DNA of 64,000 nucleotides. Source: Octopus vulgaris. Its lineage: Eukaryota. How positions within the stretch are numbered: position 1 is the first letter of the stretch; each line of letters starts with the position of its first letter. The translations under genes and the position numbers were made by a program. The notes under the pieces were generated by a model. It had not been told where the DNA came from. It saw only the letters and a list, made by a program, of their open reading frames with translations, and did no database searches. The stretch is taken from assembly GCA_951406725.2 (NCBI GenBank), contig OX597831.1, positions 64,604,001-64,668,000 on the forward strand, given 5' to 3'. Positions 24,859 to 37,977 of this stretch are shown in pieces.

Positions 24859-26284
24859 ATAACTGTTTGGTGACAGCTTGTCATCTGAACTACACACTTT
24901 AAGAGCATCAAACACTCCGAGAGAAAACTGTGCTGTCCTAGACTTACTCCTCAGCAAGACCACAACACCTGCTGCCACAAGCGACACTCACCGTTCCGAC
25001 AAGAGTATGGACATCAGTATTATTTCAAAAGAAGCAGAAAACAATCATACTTTCAGTTTCCTTCTGTTCTTTTCATTATGGTTTTTCTAATTGTTAAAGT
25101 TTTAACTTTAGAAATTCACACATTATTTTCAGTTTTGTGAGTACCCAGTTTGAAAGGAATGGTCCCAGAGGAATTCAGATCATGTTTCAAAACTTAGTGA
25201 GAGGAATTTTTTAAGTTAAAAAAAAAAAAAAAACCCCAGTATTTCTCCTTTATTTTGAGAGTAGTATGAAAGCAAAAGCCTAATAATTTATTTTAAATAA
25301 CCCTTCCCAACCTATATATATACATCCAGTTTTTGCTTCAGTGCCAGTGTAGTTACTCTTTCATAAAGAGTTTTATCTTCAGTGTGAAGAATGCTTGCAG
25401 TTGGCTAAAATAAAAAGAGATGGGTTATGGTTGTTCTGTGTGTGAAGAACAGGTTTGGATTACGTAACTATACAAATTGCATTTGCTTATATTTGAAGTA
25501 GGAGTAACTGTTTCATTGATGGAACTGATTAACATAATTCTGTTAATTGAATATTTGATTTGGTTTCTTCTGCTCAATTACTATTTTAGTAAACTCCCAT
25601 AAAGTATTAGTCATAAATAAGGGGAAACCTTATAAGTAATGTCGTAATAGATAGCAGTAGATTGGAAATGCTACAAAAGAAATTTAATATTCAGAGAAAA
25701 TTAGACATAATCCTAGCTGTTGACCTACAGTGGAATTACCATTATGTAGTTCTGCAGCAAAAAGCTATATTTAGTTATTAAGTTGTACCAAAGACAGTTA
25801 ACACAACACTTCATTTTTCTGACATACAAAATACATTTATCCTGCATTATTGCATTGTGTATGGCACAAGTGAATCCAAAATCTTAATCTTTACTGTTTT
25901 GATGGCTAATAATTTTGCTACTTAGTAACAAAAATTCAAATCATTATCAACAATGTCTTTATCTAACTGTGGTCAAATTTGCCTTTCATCCCAGCCCCTC
26001 TTATTTAACATGTGCTATTATATTGCTATACTGTCATCTCATCTGTAGGGTCCTATTGCTAATATGAGAAACCATTCTTAATTTAGCCTTGTTGCATTAA
26101 TGCTTCAATGTTTGGATTTGCTTGTGCTCTTTACTCATAACATTTATTCTTACCAGATCATTTTATCAGTGATTTGTCATGTTACTTTTGTCTTGTTCTT
26201 TCAAACAAGATCTGAGAATATGAGTGAAAAGTTTCCACCATCTCAGTCAAACAATTATTTAATAATGGATCAATTTCAATTTTA

Positions 26285-26290
26285 AATAAA
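26285..26290 (+). promoter_or_regulatory. One candidate polyadenylation signal in the protrudin 3' region
   Basis: AATAAA in AT-rich DNA downstream of the stop; other hexamers exist nearby. Confidence 0.2.
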
Positions 26291-28383
26291 TCTAGTTGAG
26301 CTCACAGCAATTTTATTAAAGGCAGGGTATATGGCAGATTTCAAGAGAACTCAGTATGCAAAATAGGGTCATTTTGCACAGCTTAAATTCTACAATTGAA
26401 AAGTTTAAATTTAAAAGTAACTTCTATATTGACAGAGTTACTATATTAACTACAGTTACTTACTAAAAGTATATTTCTCTGTTCCCCACCCCAAGAAATC
26501 TTAATGCAAACTTTAAGTATCCCACTAAATTAAGACAGAATTGTTAGTGCCAGACAACATGCTTAGCAACATTTCTCCTGGCTTTATGTTCTGAGTTCAA
26601 ATTCCACCAAGATTAACTTTGCTTTTCATCCTTCCAGGGTTGATAAAATAAATACCAGTTGAGCACTGGAGTCAATGTAATCGACTGGGGCATACTTGAC
26701 AGAGAACATTTTCTTTCCAAGAAATCAATAATCAAATAGAATTATTTGGTGAGTGAATCATGGAAAATGCTTTTTACTGATGAAGTATTACAATGATGGC
26801 GAAATAAGGATTGATTTCATATTATATATGAGCAGGGGATAAACTACCTAAAGAATGTTTAGTGGTGTACATTCAAGCCATAATAAATTTGATATTTAAG
26901 GATGAACCCTTTCTTTTAGACTTACCAACTACTTTATAAATCATTGTGGAATATGAACACTTTAAATATGAAAGTATTGGGTTTATATTATCAGTTTAAC
27001 AAAGAGCGTGTTGGTAATTCTGTTTCTAGGGTTACAAGTCCGTCCTGTATAACCATTAAGTTCTTCTAAGCCAACAAAAAGAAAAAAAAATTGCTTTATT
27101 AAAGTGTATAAGGTAAAGTTATACTTATAACCAAATCTTCCAGGTCTTCAACAAAATATTTTAAATATACAAAGTGTTTCAGAGATTTTTTTCTTCAATT
27201 ATTTACTATCAGCTACATGTATTTTTCAAAGTCTTATCTATCAAAACCTGTTTTTGAGAGGCTGTACAACACATCTAATCCTCTCTTCAGCATTGTTCTC
27301 ATTTTCTTCAAACACTGTTGACCTTTTCTATATTCATGGGAGAAAGTTTACATTAAAATTTCATTCTTGATGGGACCATCTCTAATGAAGCAAAACTGAA
27401 TTGAAATATTTAAGTTTTCTACCACTTCCTACATCAAACATCACACGAAATCTTTTACCAAGAATTGCTTTTATCTAGTCGTATTAAAATTATGTTGATA
27501 CTGATAATGAGATAACGAGAAACGTGTTTCTAATGTAAAAACAATCATTTGGTGTTCAAATGGATTCATTTTGTCTTGATTTCCTTTTTTTTTTTTTTTT
27601 TTTTTAATGGTCTCAGACTTAATGGGAATTCATTTTATCATGTGACTGGGTGGGAATTAGAAATATTTCCAAGGAGTTGACTCTTACACAAAAGCTACTG
27701 CAATTTTTGTGTTCCAGGAACTGAAACTTAAAATGTAATTTTTTTTTTTTAAATCAAAAATCCTTATCACTCACTAAATTGGAGTATGGTCAATTTGTTT
27801 AATTTCTGGAAAAAACATTATCTCTAATTTTGAAGGACCCACGATTGCAGAAAAATCAAACAAAAAGGAGAGAAAAAAAACCAAAAACAAATTTGATCTG
27901 TCTTCCTTCTTGCTATAAAAACAAATCTTTAAACTGTGAACGAATGACTGCAACATGTTTCCGTGTTTGGTGTTACTCTTTGTGGTGGCTGGTGATAACA
28001 AGTAGTCACAATTCTTTTATTTACAATGTGCAACCACATTAGATTGTTGATATTGTGCTGTTATTTTGAAACTCACTTGTTAAAATCTATCACCAAAAAG
28101 CTACTTCTTTTTTTTTTTTTTTCCAATATGAAATATTCTCATGTAATTTTCCCAAGACTATTGACATTGAGTATTTCACTCTATTTGCAATTGTGATAAA
28201 CTGTCTTTATTATGTAAATAATAATAATAATAGAAAGTTTTATATAGCTCCGAGCATCTTTAAACATTATATTGGATTTGTTTTTATTTTATTCCTTATT
28301 TTTTTTTTTACATTGTTTATCATTTCATTCATACCGAGCCACTACTTGTCTTTTAATTACAGAAGTATTCAAATTACACAGCA

Positions 28384-28677
28384 GTGGAGGCACATGGCCT
28401 AATGGTTAGAGCAGCAGACTCGCGGTCGAGGGATCGCGGGTTCGAATCTCAGACCGGGCGATGTGTGTGTTTATGAGCGAAAACACCTAAGCTCCATGCG
28501 GCTCCTGCAGAAGTTAATGGCGAAACTTCTGCTGACTCTTTCGCCACAACTTTCTCTCACTCTTTCCTCCTGCATCTCACCTGTGATGGACCGGTGTCCT
28601 GTCCAGGTGGGGAACCTATACGCCAAGAAACCGGGAAACCGGCCCTTATGAACCAGGCATGGCTCGAGAAGGAACAA
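28384..28677 (+). mobile_element. Full-length tRNA-derived SINE, same family (related copy ~58930-59228, - strand)
   Basis: A/B boxes; 14-bp TSD CAAATTACACAGCA. Confidence 0.9.
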
Positions 28678-29410
28678 CAAATTACACAGCATTAGGATTA
28701 CAGCTAGCTTGTGAGAATTGACACATACCTACATGTCTTGCTGCAAACATTGTTTCTTAATAACTATTCTAATACTCATTTAGTTACTTTCAAATTTCAG
28801 TCCATCATTTTAAAGCCTTTTGTAGTTGTAGCTATTTAAAATTATTCTACCAACAGGTGCCATCAATTTGAAGTGATCTGCTCTTTTGTATGCAGCAGTC
28901 ATTCTCCAATTGCCTGAACCAATGCAGTCTCCTCTCTTACACCTAATTCTGCTTAACCCTTTAGTGTTCGCATTATTCTGCCAAAATTAATGCTTCTTCA
29001 TCTTGTAGCTATGAGATTTTGATGAGGTAGCTGTTAAATTTTAAAACGATATTGTAGGGTTGGTGTGAGAGACCAGATTTGGCCAGTTTGAACAGGCAGA
29101 ATACTTTTGGCCAGATATGCCAGGGTTAAAGAGTTTTTCTTCTTTCTACTCAGGTTTTCAAGCACACTAACACTGAACATCCTTTGTAGCATACAAACTT
29201 TTCTTTCTAGTCTTCATAAATTACCTGAATTCAAAGCCCATATCTTGTTACCGTGCTACATTGCAATTCTAACACAATCTGCCCTTAACTCTAAGGAATA
29301 AAACACTTGATGCCAACATTGGTAATGGCTCTCTTAACTTTTTCAAACCTGCTCTTATCCTGGTTACACAACAACCACCTCCCCTACTAATTATGTTTCT
29401 TGGATAATAG

Positions 29411-29892
29411 TTGTTCTATATTTTAGAGTTGAGGAATTCTATACATTATTTACATTGGATGGATGTATCCTCATCTTGTTTGTTGATACCACAAGGTTTT
29501 GGCAGATTTATTTGCCAGCTTCCATCAGGTGTCCTGGTAGAATTTTGAACCTAACCCTGGGTTCTCGTTCCTAAGGTTTTTTTTTTTTTTTTGCTGATAT
29601 TATTTATTCAAGGCACTGCCTGGAATTGAACTCAGAATCTTGGTTAGTAGCCCATGCTCTTCATTATGCTATATGAGCATATAACGTAATGGTTAAGAAT
29701 GCAGGCTACTAACCCCAAGATTCCAAGTTCAATACCAAGCAGTGCCTTGAATAAATAACATCAAAAAGATACCTTAGGAGTGAGAATCCAGGGTTGGGTT
29801 CAAAATTCTACCAGGACGCCTGATGAAGGCTGGAGAGTAAATCAGCCGAAACGTGGTAACAGAAGATGAGGACACATATCTGTCCAATGTAA
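29411..29892. mobile_element. Head-to-head inverted pair of tRNA-headed elements carrying a hammerhead-ribozyme core
   Basis: Arms complementary around 29676; A/B-box-like head; CTGATGA-A-GGCTG..CAGCC-GAAAC at 29820-29852. The tail recurs at ~50557-50625. Confidence 0.7.
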
Positions 29893-31069
29893 GTTATAGA
29901 AGTTATCAACAACTAGCAAACCATCAGAGTATTTAACTGGATCTGTTTCCAGTGTGATCATATGCATTGCTCCAGTACGTTGTCATAGGAAGCCTACCTA
30001 ATTCCTCTGTTAATCTAACCAATGATTCCACTCCACTACACATCATGTGTGTTTATTGAGTACAGGTTCAGGATATGACATTTCTGAGCTCTGACTTCTT
30101 AGTCTCTTCTAAATTTACTTTGACCCTCTCAAATCTAAGTTTAGTTCACATGCCTGGAATTCCTAATTCCAATAAGGATTCAGTTATGAGAACATGACAA
30201 CATATAAGAGGAGTTCCTATGGCCAGCTAGTCGTGAACACCTTCATGATGGCCTGAAATCTGTATTGTGTGTGTGTGTGGCACAGGCACGGCTGTGTGTA
30301 AGAAGTTTGCTTCCCAATCACATGGTGTTGGGTTCAATCCCACTGCAAAACACTTTAGGCTCTATGCTGAGCAGTTTTTATTTCTTTACTACCCACAAGG
30401 GGATACACACAGAGGGGACAGACAAACGGATTAAGTTGATTACATTGACCCCAGTGCGTAACTGGTACTTATTTAATCGACCCCGAAAGGATGAACGGCA
30501 ATGTCGACCTCGGCGGAATTTGAACTCAGAACGTAGCAGCAGACGAAATACCGCTAAGCATTTCGCCCGGTGTGCTAACGCTTCTGCCAGCTCACCACCT
30601 TTATGAGAACATGACAACATATAAGGAGTTCCTATGTGCTGAGCAGTTTTGGGAGTAGATGGAAACTGGAAGAAGCCCATCGTGAGTGTGTATAAGTCTT
30701 TGTGTCTATCCCTGCAATCACTTGACAAATGGTACTGGTTCATTTATGTTCCTGTAACTTTGCAGTTCAGCAAGAGAGACCAATAGAATAAGTACCAGAC
30801 TTACCCTAGTATGGTCCAAGTCCAATGAATGAAACAAGTAAAAAAAAAAAACAAAAAAAAAGACATGTACCAGCATCATTTTCATAATTACTTCCTAAAC
30901 ATTCCATGGGTCAAACAAAAGTATGTTTGGGTAGAAAGCCTTCTGGTTGCTACCCACTTGCTACACTTGTTTCCAAATGAGGTAATAACCTCCCAATCTA
31001 AAAACAACACAGGTAAGTGTGGAGATAAACAACAAGATATGATTGAGGCTTTTGCTCAAATATTGCACA

Positions 31070-31240
31070 TGTCTACCAGGGGATCTATTTCTAGGCCCCC
31101 TCATGTTTATTATAGTCCTCCAAGCTATAGCTGAGGAGTTTAAGACTAGTTGCCATTGGGAGCTCCTTTATGCCAGTGACCTTACTCTTATTGCTGAATC
31201 GCTACCAGAACTAAAGAAGAAATTTCAGATATGGAAGCAA
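31070..31240 (+). mobile_element. RTE RT fragment (another at ~33500-33660)
   Basis: WELLYASDLTLIAES here; LYLAFVDIAKAFDRV in the second fragment. Confidence 0.65.
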
Positions 31241-31360
31241 AGATGTACTTTTATAATTGAATGCAAGCAAATGACACCATCAAGGGAACCATTGTTTACA
31301 GCCATCAAACGCATCAGATGAGGGGAAATATGTACTCATGCAAACACGTATATATATGTA

Positions 31361-31998
31361 CTAGCAGTATCGCCCGGCGTTGCTCGGGTTTGTAAGGGAA
31401 ATAACTATATAAGCATTTTTAGAAAGTTATAGCCAAAAAATAGCAAAAAATGCATTAAAAATGGAAAAAAATATGATGGTAAATTTTTTTTTAAATCGTT
31501 GACTCATCGTAGACATTTTTAGAGAGTTACTTCCCTTATATAATAGCGAAAAAATGCATTAAAATGGAAAAAAAACGATGGTAAATTTTTTTTTAAATCG
31601 TAGACTCATGTAGACGCTTTCTTAGCCATTTCTGTTTTGGTGTCTTCAAGCCATGAAGTCGTTGTTCTAAAAGAACACTGATCTCCTTGACAACGCATTA
31701 CGACGTTGATTTCCTTACACTCCCTTCCCCACAGGTGCAGGTGTGAGCGTGGACGGCAACTCCACCGCCATCGACACACGAAAAATTATGCATTAAAATG
31801 GAATAAAAAATGATGTTAAATTATTTTTAAAATCGTAGACTCATCGTAGACGCGCGCTAATATTCAGACGGGCTCGATATGAATCACGACTATAAGCTAC
31901 CCGAATTTGGTTAAACTGTACCGCAAAATGTGGGAGTAGTTAGGAATCTAAATCGAAGGGGACAGACACTCACACAACTACAGTTTTATATATATAGA
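31361..31998 (-). mobile_element. Non-autonomous Helitron-type element
   Basis: On -: 5' TC, subterminal hairpin CCCGAGCAACGCCGGG, 3' CTAG; inserted between A and T; internal direct repeats. Confidence 0.75.
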
Positions 31999-32009
31999 TA
32001 TACATAGCG

Positions 32010-32400
32010 CAGTAGTGGTGAGATATGACAGCAAAGAAAAGCATACATTCACTCTCTGCATGCAATTAGACTCGGAAAGTTCGTGTGAGGAACCCATTGA
32101 CCCAATTTGCTGACTTTTCCGATAGCACACAGGTGTCAATGAATGGTTGAATGACCAAATCCAAGCTTCTCTGCTAGTTCCTCAACAGTTACGATGATAT
32201 TTTGTTCCACCAGGGTTTTCAGGATGTCCTTGTCGAGTTCTACAGATCTTTCAGGATGAGGCTCGTCTTCTAGGCTGTAGTTTATGGCTCGGGATTTCTG
32301 GAACCACCATTGACACTGCCTTACGCTTATTGTCCAATCCCCATATACTGCATTAATATTTCTTGTACTTTGCACACATTTATATTCTGTTATTCTTTTA
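32010..32400 (-). mobile_element. Mariner transposase N-terminal remnant
   Basis: WFQKSR..SLEDEPHPER..TVEELAEKLG..STIH helix-turn-helix pattern. Confidence 0.7.
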
Positions 32401-32559
32401 TATGTTTCAGCCTTGAGGTTGTGGCCATGCTGGATCATGTGTGTGTGTGTGTGTCTATCTGTCTGTCTGTCTGTATGTATATATGTATATGTATGTGTGT
32501 GAACAATAATATTTTCAACAGATGTGTTGCAAATGTATCTGATTGTTCTCAAGCTTCAA

Positions 32560-32656
32560 TACTGTGTGTGTGTATGTATGTATATGTATGTATGTATGTA
32601 TATGTATGTATGTGTGTATGTATGTATGTATGTATGTGTGTGTGTGTGTGTATGTA

Positions 32657-32687
<31 letters not shown>

Positions 32688-32705
32688 ATGTATGTATGAG
32701 TGTAT
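32560..32705. repeat. (TATG)/(TG)n compound microsatellite
   Basis: Seen directly. Confidence 0.9.
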
Positions 32706-34249
32706 GTTTACTTTATTACTAATTACTCTCTTCCAAGAACATTTTCACTCACTCTTAGCTTCCCATACATTTTACTCATGTATCTATCAGCGTCATAGAC
32801 AGAATACTTTCACTTTAGTCTTCCTCAAATCACTGTCGCTATTTACTTTCATTTTATTCGTTGCCCACTGTGTGTGTGCGTTTGCGTGTGGTGTAAACCA
32901 GACTAAGAAAAGCATTTGACACACACACCAGAATGTGAGTTTTCTGTAAATTTTGCTTAATTGGAGTTTAAATTTTAAAAACTGGACCTGGCATGACGCG
33001 ATGCATTGTACTCTCAAAAATGCTAGGTAAATTGTAATTGAAGAAATCCTATATTGTAGATTTGTATAACTCCCAAAGGGAGGCAGATAAAATCTGCCTT
33101 TTATAATAAGAGATATATCAAGCTTCTTTCAGTTTCCGTCCACTCGCAAGGCTTTAGTCATTGTGAACAATATAGTAGAAAACCTGTCCAAGTTACCATA
33201 CAGTGGCACTAAGCCTGGAAGCAGGTGGTTGGGAAACAGACTTTTTAACTACACAGCCACATACCAGGTATACTTAGCCAGGAGCGGAGGAGGTTAACCA
33301 ATGTTCTGTGGCATGAGGATCAGAGGCTTCAGGTGTTTTGGACCATAAAACAGTGTAAGAAAATCATACCATGGAAGGAGAGAAGTGTGTTTGCATGGAT
33401 GATGGCTCACTTTGCAGTTAGTGATTCTGCAAAGAAGGAGGCTTGGAAGTACCACTGAAAGGTTGCTAAATGTAGAGAATGTATGGGGAGGAGAGGAGTC
33501 AACTATCTGAATCGACAGTAGCTTAGATAAAGCAGTTGAAGATATGAAGACTTGGCCAAAAATAAACTTCTATATCTGGCTTTTGTTGACATTGCAAAAG
33601 CCTTTGACAGGGTCCTCTGCTCCTTTATCTGGTGGGCAATGCAGAAGCTAGGACTAGATGAGGACTTTATTTCATTCTGACCTTCACACATCTTGTGCTT
33701 AGTCCCCACATCTCATTATTATACAGCATCACACTTCATACATAAGCAATATTCAGTCTACCTTTCATTAAAAAGAAGATTCCTCTTGTTACCATTAGAA
33801 GTAATAGCTCCATGAACTTTTGCCAACCTCCTCTTGTTCTGGCTACCAGAGCACCCACCTCCATGGCTGATTATGTTGTCTTGGTAACAAGTTTTGGAAG
33901 GCTCGGGTAGAGCACCGTCTGAAACAAGCCTTTAGTATCCAGTGTCTCCAGAATTCTTTCTTGCTGAGATAGGATTACACATGTAAAAACCCTCCATCAA
34001 ATCAACTCCAGCATTTAGTCCACACCACGTAAAACATCAACTTGGCTGAAACATTGTGTGGATGTGATTTGCATCTCTCTTGTGGGAACCTCTACGGCCA
34101 GCTGCACCATGGTCAGCACATGGTTGGTGAATAAAAGAAGCAGTTCAGAGATTTTGAAGAGGAGTTTCTAATGAAAAATAATTGATGTAAAATAACTTTT
34201 CATTAAGGATATATGTAATTGTGAGGTACAACAGTTATAACTAAAAAGA

Positions 34250-34570
34250 CCAGTCAGTTTGCAGCATGGTATGGGCAGAGAAAATGGAGAAGGCATTGCC
34301 CCAGATGAGGGAGATGTGATGGAACACCCACTCCCATACATAGGGCTCGCAGTTGTGGATGGCAGTGAGCAGGGATGAAGTCCAGGTGCCCAGAATGCCA
34401 GAGATCTCCATTGTCACAGGCTCATCTACAAATCTAGCAGAGAAAAACAGCTGATACTTTGAATTTGCCTTTCTTGGCCTGATAAGCAGTGAAGCCTGTG
34501 CTGGCAGCCAAAGAAAGTGTTGCAGCATGTGGCATCCCAGATGAGGGCAGGGTGCTATCACTGTGGAACA
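34250..34570 (-). mobile_element. CRE-clade non-LTR retrotransposon relic (REL endonuclease end); second relic at ~58110-58285
   Basis: Frameshifted motifs LIWDATC, KxxKY, PVTMEISGILG and GNAFSI. Confidence 0.5.
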
Positions 34571-34838
34571 GGAAATTAGTCATTAGTCATGCTAACTTGA
34601 GCTGGGAAGACTAACTTGCAGCATTTAGGCTATGCTCTTTGCTCTTTTGCTTGTTTCAGTCATTTGACCGCGGCCATGCTGGAGCACCGCCTTTAGTCGA
34701 GCAAATCGACTCCAGGACTTATTCTTTTTAAGCCTAGTACTTATTCTATCGGTCTCTTCTGCCAAACAGCTAAGTGACAGGGACATAAACACACCAGCAT
34801 TGGTTGTCAAGCAATGCCAAGGGGACGAACACAGACAC

Positions 34839-34841
<3 letters not shown>

Positions 34842-34932
<91 letters not shown>
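34842..34932. repeat. (TA)n microsatellite (others at ~13438-13482, 13674-13733, 37933-37974, 60283-60312)
   Basis: Seen directly. Confidence 0.9.
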
Positions 34933-34934
<2 letters not shown>

Positions 34935-35728
34935 CACATATATATATACACACACATATACATATATACACACACATATACATATATACGACGGGCTTCT
35001 TTCAGTTTCCATCTACCAAATCCACTCACAAGGCTTTGGTCGGCCCGAAGCTATAGTAGAAGACACTTGCCCAAGATGCCACGCAGTGGGACTGAACCCA
35101 GAACCATGTGGTTGGTAAGCAAGCTACCTACCACACAGACACTCCTGCATCTGATATGCTTTATGATTTCATCGAAAGCAGCATAGTGTGGAAGGCAGCT
35201 ACCACCATAATGGTATGACAATCAAAGATTACCTGAATATGCCTTTGAAGAGATGCAACATCAGCATTTCGTGAGTGGGAGATATTGTTACCTGTGTTTG
35301 AGTAATCTTGGTGATCTTGCTGTTGGAAGGAGATTAAAAACATGGATAAGAAACATACTCAGTATTACTAGAAGGGTGAAAAAGTGTATACTTGCAGAGT
35401 AATCTCTGAGCTCTCTAAAAAAACGTTTATATGTTTCATCCGCAACTACTAAAGTTGCATATCAAATATTGGGATGTGTCATCAAAGAATCTACAAATGA
35501 AAAAGATGATGGTTATCATCAGATTCAGTGGACAACCATAAAGCAAAGAAGTGGGCGCATGTAGATGTGCTTAGATAAGAGATACAAAGTTGATGAATGA
35601 CAGTATTTGTTGACAACAAGGAGTGATGTGAAGTGGAAACGAAGTGGAGAGAGGACATCCAAAAACCCACTTTAACTCGCAAAATTGTAGTGAAGAAGTA
35701 GTAAGAAACACCTGAGGAATGGTTTTCA

Positions 35729-35734
35729 TTTATT
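35729..35734 (-). promoter_or_regulatory. Candidate polyadenylation signal (AATAAA) of the SEC23IP/DDHD gene
   Basis: tttatt on the + strand, about 110 nt past the stop codon. Confidence 0.4.
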
Positions 35735-35842
35735 CATATCTTTAAGTACAAGTCAGTGTCTTACCTACCTAGATGTAAAATTAAATGTTACTTTGAATAT
35801 GAAACTTAGTTCAGATCTGAGAGATTAAACCTCCATTCCATT

Positions 35843-36641
35843 TTAGTAGGTGTTTTTTATAAACCCTGTCAATGGAGGAGGTCCAACTGGCATACCAGTC
35901 GTTTGAGGACCTGTAGTGGGGGGTATCATTGATGGAGCTGTTGAAGGTGGACCCATGGTTGGAGGAAGATTTGTTGAAGGTGGACCCATGGGTAGATGAG
36001 ATAACACAGGAGCAGTTGTAGGAGGTGCAATGGAGGGAGTAGAAGTTGAAGGAGGACCCATGGGGGGAGGACCAACTGAAGGAGGTCCCATGGGGGGAGG
36101 GCCTGTTGAAGGAGGTCCCATGGGAGGAAGGCTTGTTGAAGGAGGTCTCATGGGGGGAGGGCCTGTTGAAGGAGGTCCCATAGGGGGAAGGCCAGTTGAA
36201 GGAGGTCCCATAGGGGGAGGGCGAGTTGAAGGAGGTCCCATAGGGGGAGGGCCAGTTGAAGGAGGTCCCATAGGGGGAGGACCAACTGAAGGCCTCATAG
36301 GTGGAGGGCCTGTTGGAGGTGGTCCCATGGGGGGAGGACCAACTGAAGGATGTCCCTTTAGGGGAGGGCCAGTAGGAGGTCCCACAGGGGAAAATACACC
36401 AAAATGATTTGCAGTGGCTTGAGAGCTACCAGGACTTGAATATTCTCGTCTTTTAGAATTTAATTGTGGTTCTGAGTAGGAAGGTGTTTGGAGAGGAGTT
36501 GAAGGTGAAGTAAGAGGAACAGCTGAAGAAGGAGGTGCAACTGTACTTCGGTTCATTGAATCTGGCCAATTCGTCTGAGGATAAATTCCTACTATTGAGT
36601 ACAACTCCTTAAGTATAAGCAGCACTGTGTCTTCAGATTCC
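35843..36641 (-). CDS. SEC23IP: SEC23IP/DDHD last coding exon ([14 protein letters not shown] plus proline-rich [10 protein letters not shown] repeat tail)
   Basis: ttacag| acceptor, open frame to TAA at 35845-35843. Confidence 0.9.
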
Positions 36642-37930
36642 CTGTAAACAAAAAAACAATAAACTGGATAGACATGGATTCACAGCAGACTTAATCATAA
36701 GTGTTGTTTACACAGGTATTAGCTTTTCTGAATCAATTTGCATTGTGGTGTTCTCCCACTATCTTCTCTAGCTAGGCATGAAAGCCAAAACGTTTTAATG
36801 TCATTAAGTCTATGATGTTCATGTCTTTCCTATGGACAGTGGAGACACAGATGAGACTTCCAGAAGATAGGGTCCTTCTGTTACCAGTGTAATCTAAGAA
36901 CTAATACCTATTTCTTTATTACCCACAAGGGGCTAAAACATAGAGGGGACAAACAAGGACAGACATAGGTATTAAGTCGATTACATCGACCCCAGTGCAT
37001 AACTGGTACTTAATTTATCGACCCCGAAAGGATGAAAGGCAAAGCCGACCTTGGCGGAATTTGAACTCACAACATAACGACAGACGAAATACGGCTACGC
37101 ATTTTGCCTAGCGTGCTAACGTTTCTGCCAGCTCGCCACCTAATACCATAGCTGGCATATATTCTCAAACACTTTACCTTCTATACATATTTTAACATCC
37201 ACTTTTCTTATGCTTGTATCAGTTGGACAAAGTTTTATTGGAGGCAGTTTTTCTACAATTAGATGCCCCTCCTGTAGCCAACCTTCTCGTGTTTCCAAGC
37301 AAGGTAATATTGTAACATCTTTCTCAGAGCCAGACATTTTCACAGAATACTCAAAATGAATGACACTGTGTGACAGTAACATTCATTTATAACCATCATG
37401 TGATGTTAAGACTAGGCGACACAAACACACATGGTTGGGAAGCTGTCTTCTTAACCATAGCCATGTCTGTGCTTAGTATATATATACAAAGTAAGATAGG
37501 GGTTATGAGGGTAACCCACTATGGGATATCTGACTAATATAGGCAGAATGAGATACTTTTATCTATAGGCTGAAACAGCTGTAAGGACCATTTTATGTGT
37601 ATTATTCTTATGGTATTATTATCTTGCATATTGATGTATATTGTTTTGTTCGATTTGGATATTCCTATTTATATAAATCCTTAAAAATGTTTTTAGCTCG
37701 AAGGCCACGGCCATGCTGGGGCACCACCGCTGAAAGTTAATAAATAATATGAAATGGTAATATCTGTAAGTTAATGATTGAAATGAATTTGTTCCTCCAT
37801 TTTCTTGTTTTATTTATATTTCCTGAGCGCCATACTAATACAATTGTTTGTTTGTATTCCACCTGCCTTCGTCTTTTGTTTATTTCCGTAAACCTGCCTT
37901 CGTCTTTTGTCTATTTTCATAAAGCTTCCC

Positions 37931-37977
<47 letters not shown>

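Noticed and set aside
36030-36407. Gly-rich + strand ORF
   Set aside because: Antisense shadow of the Pro-rich exon.
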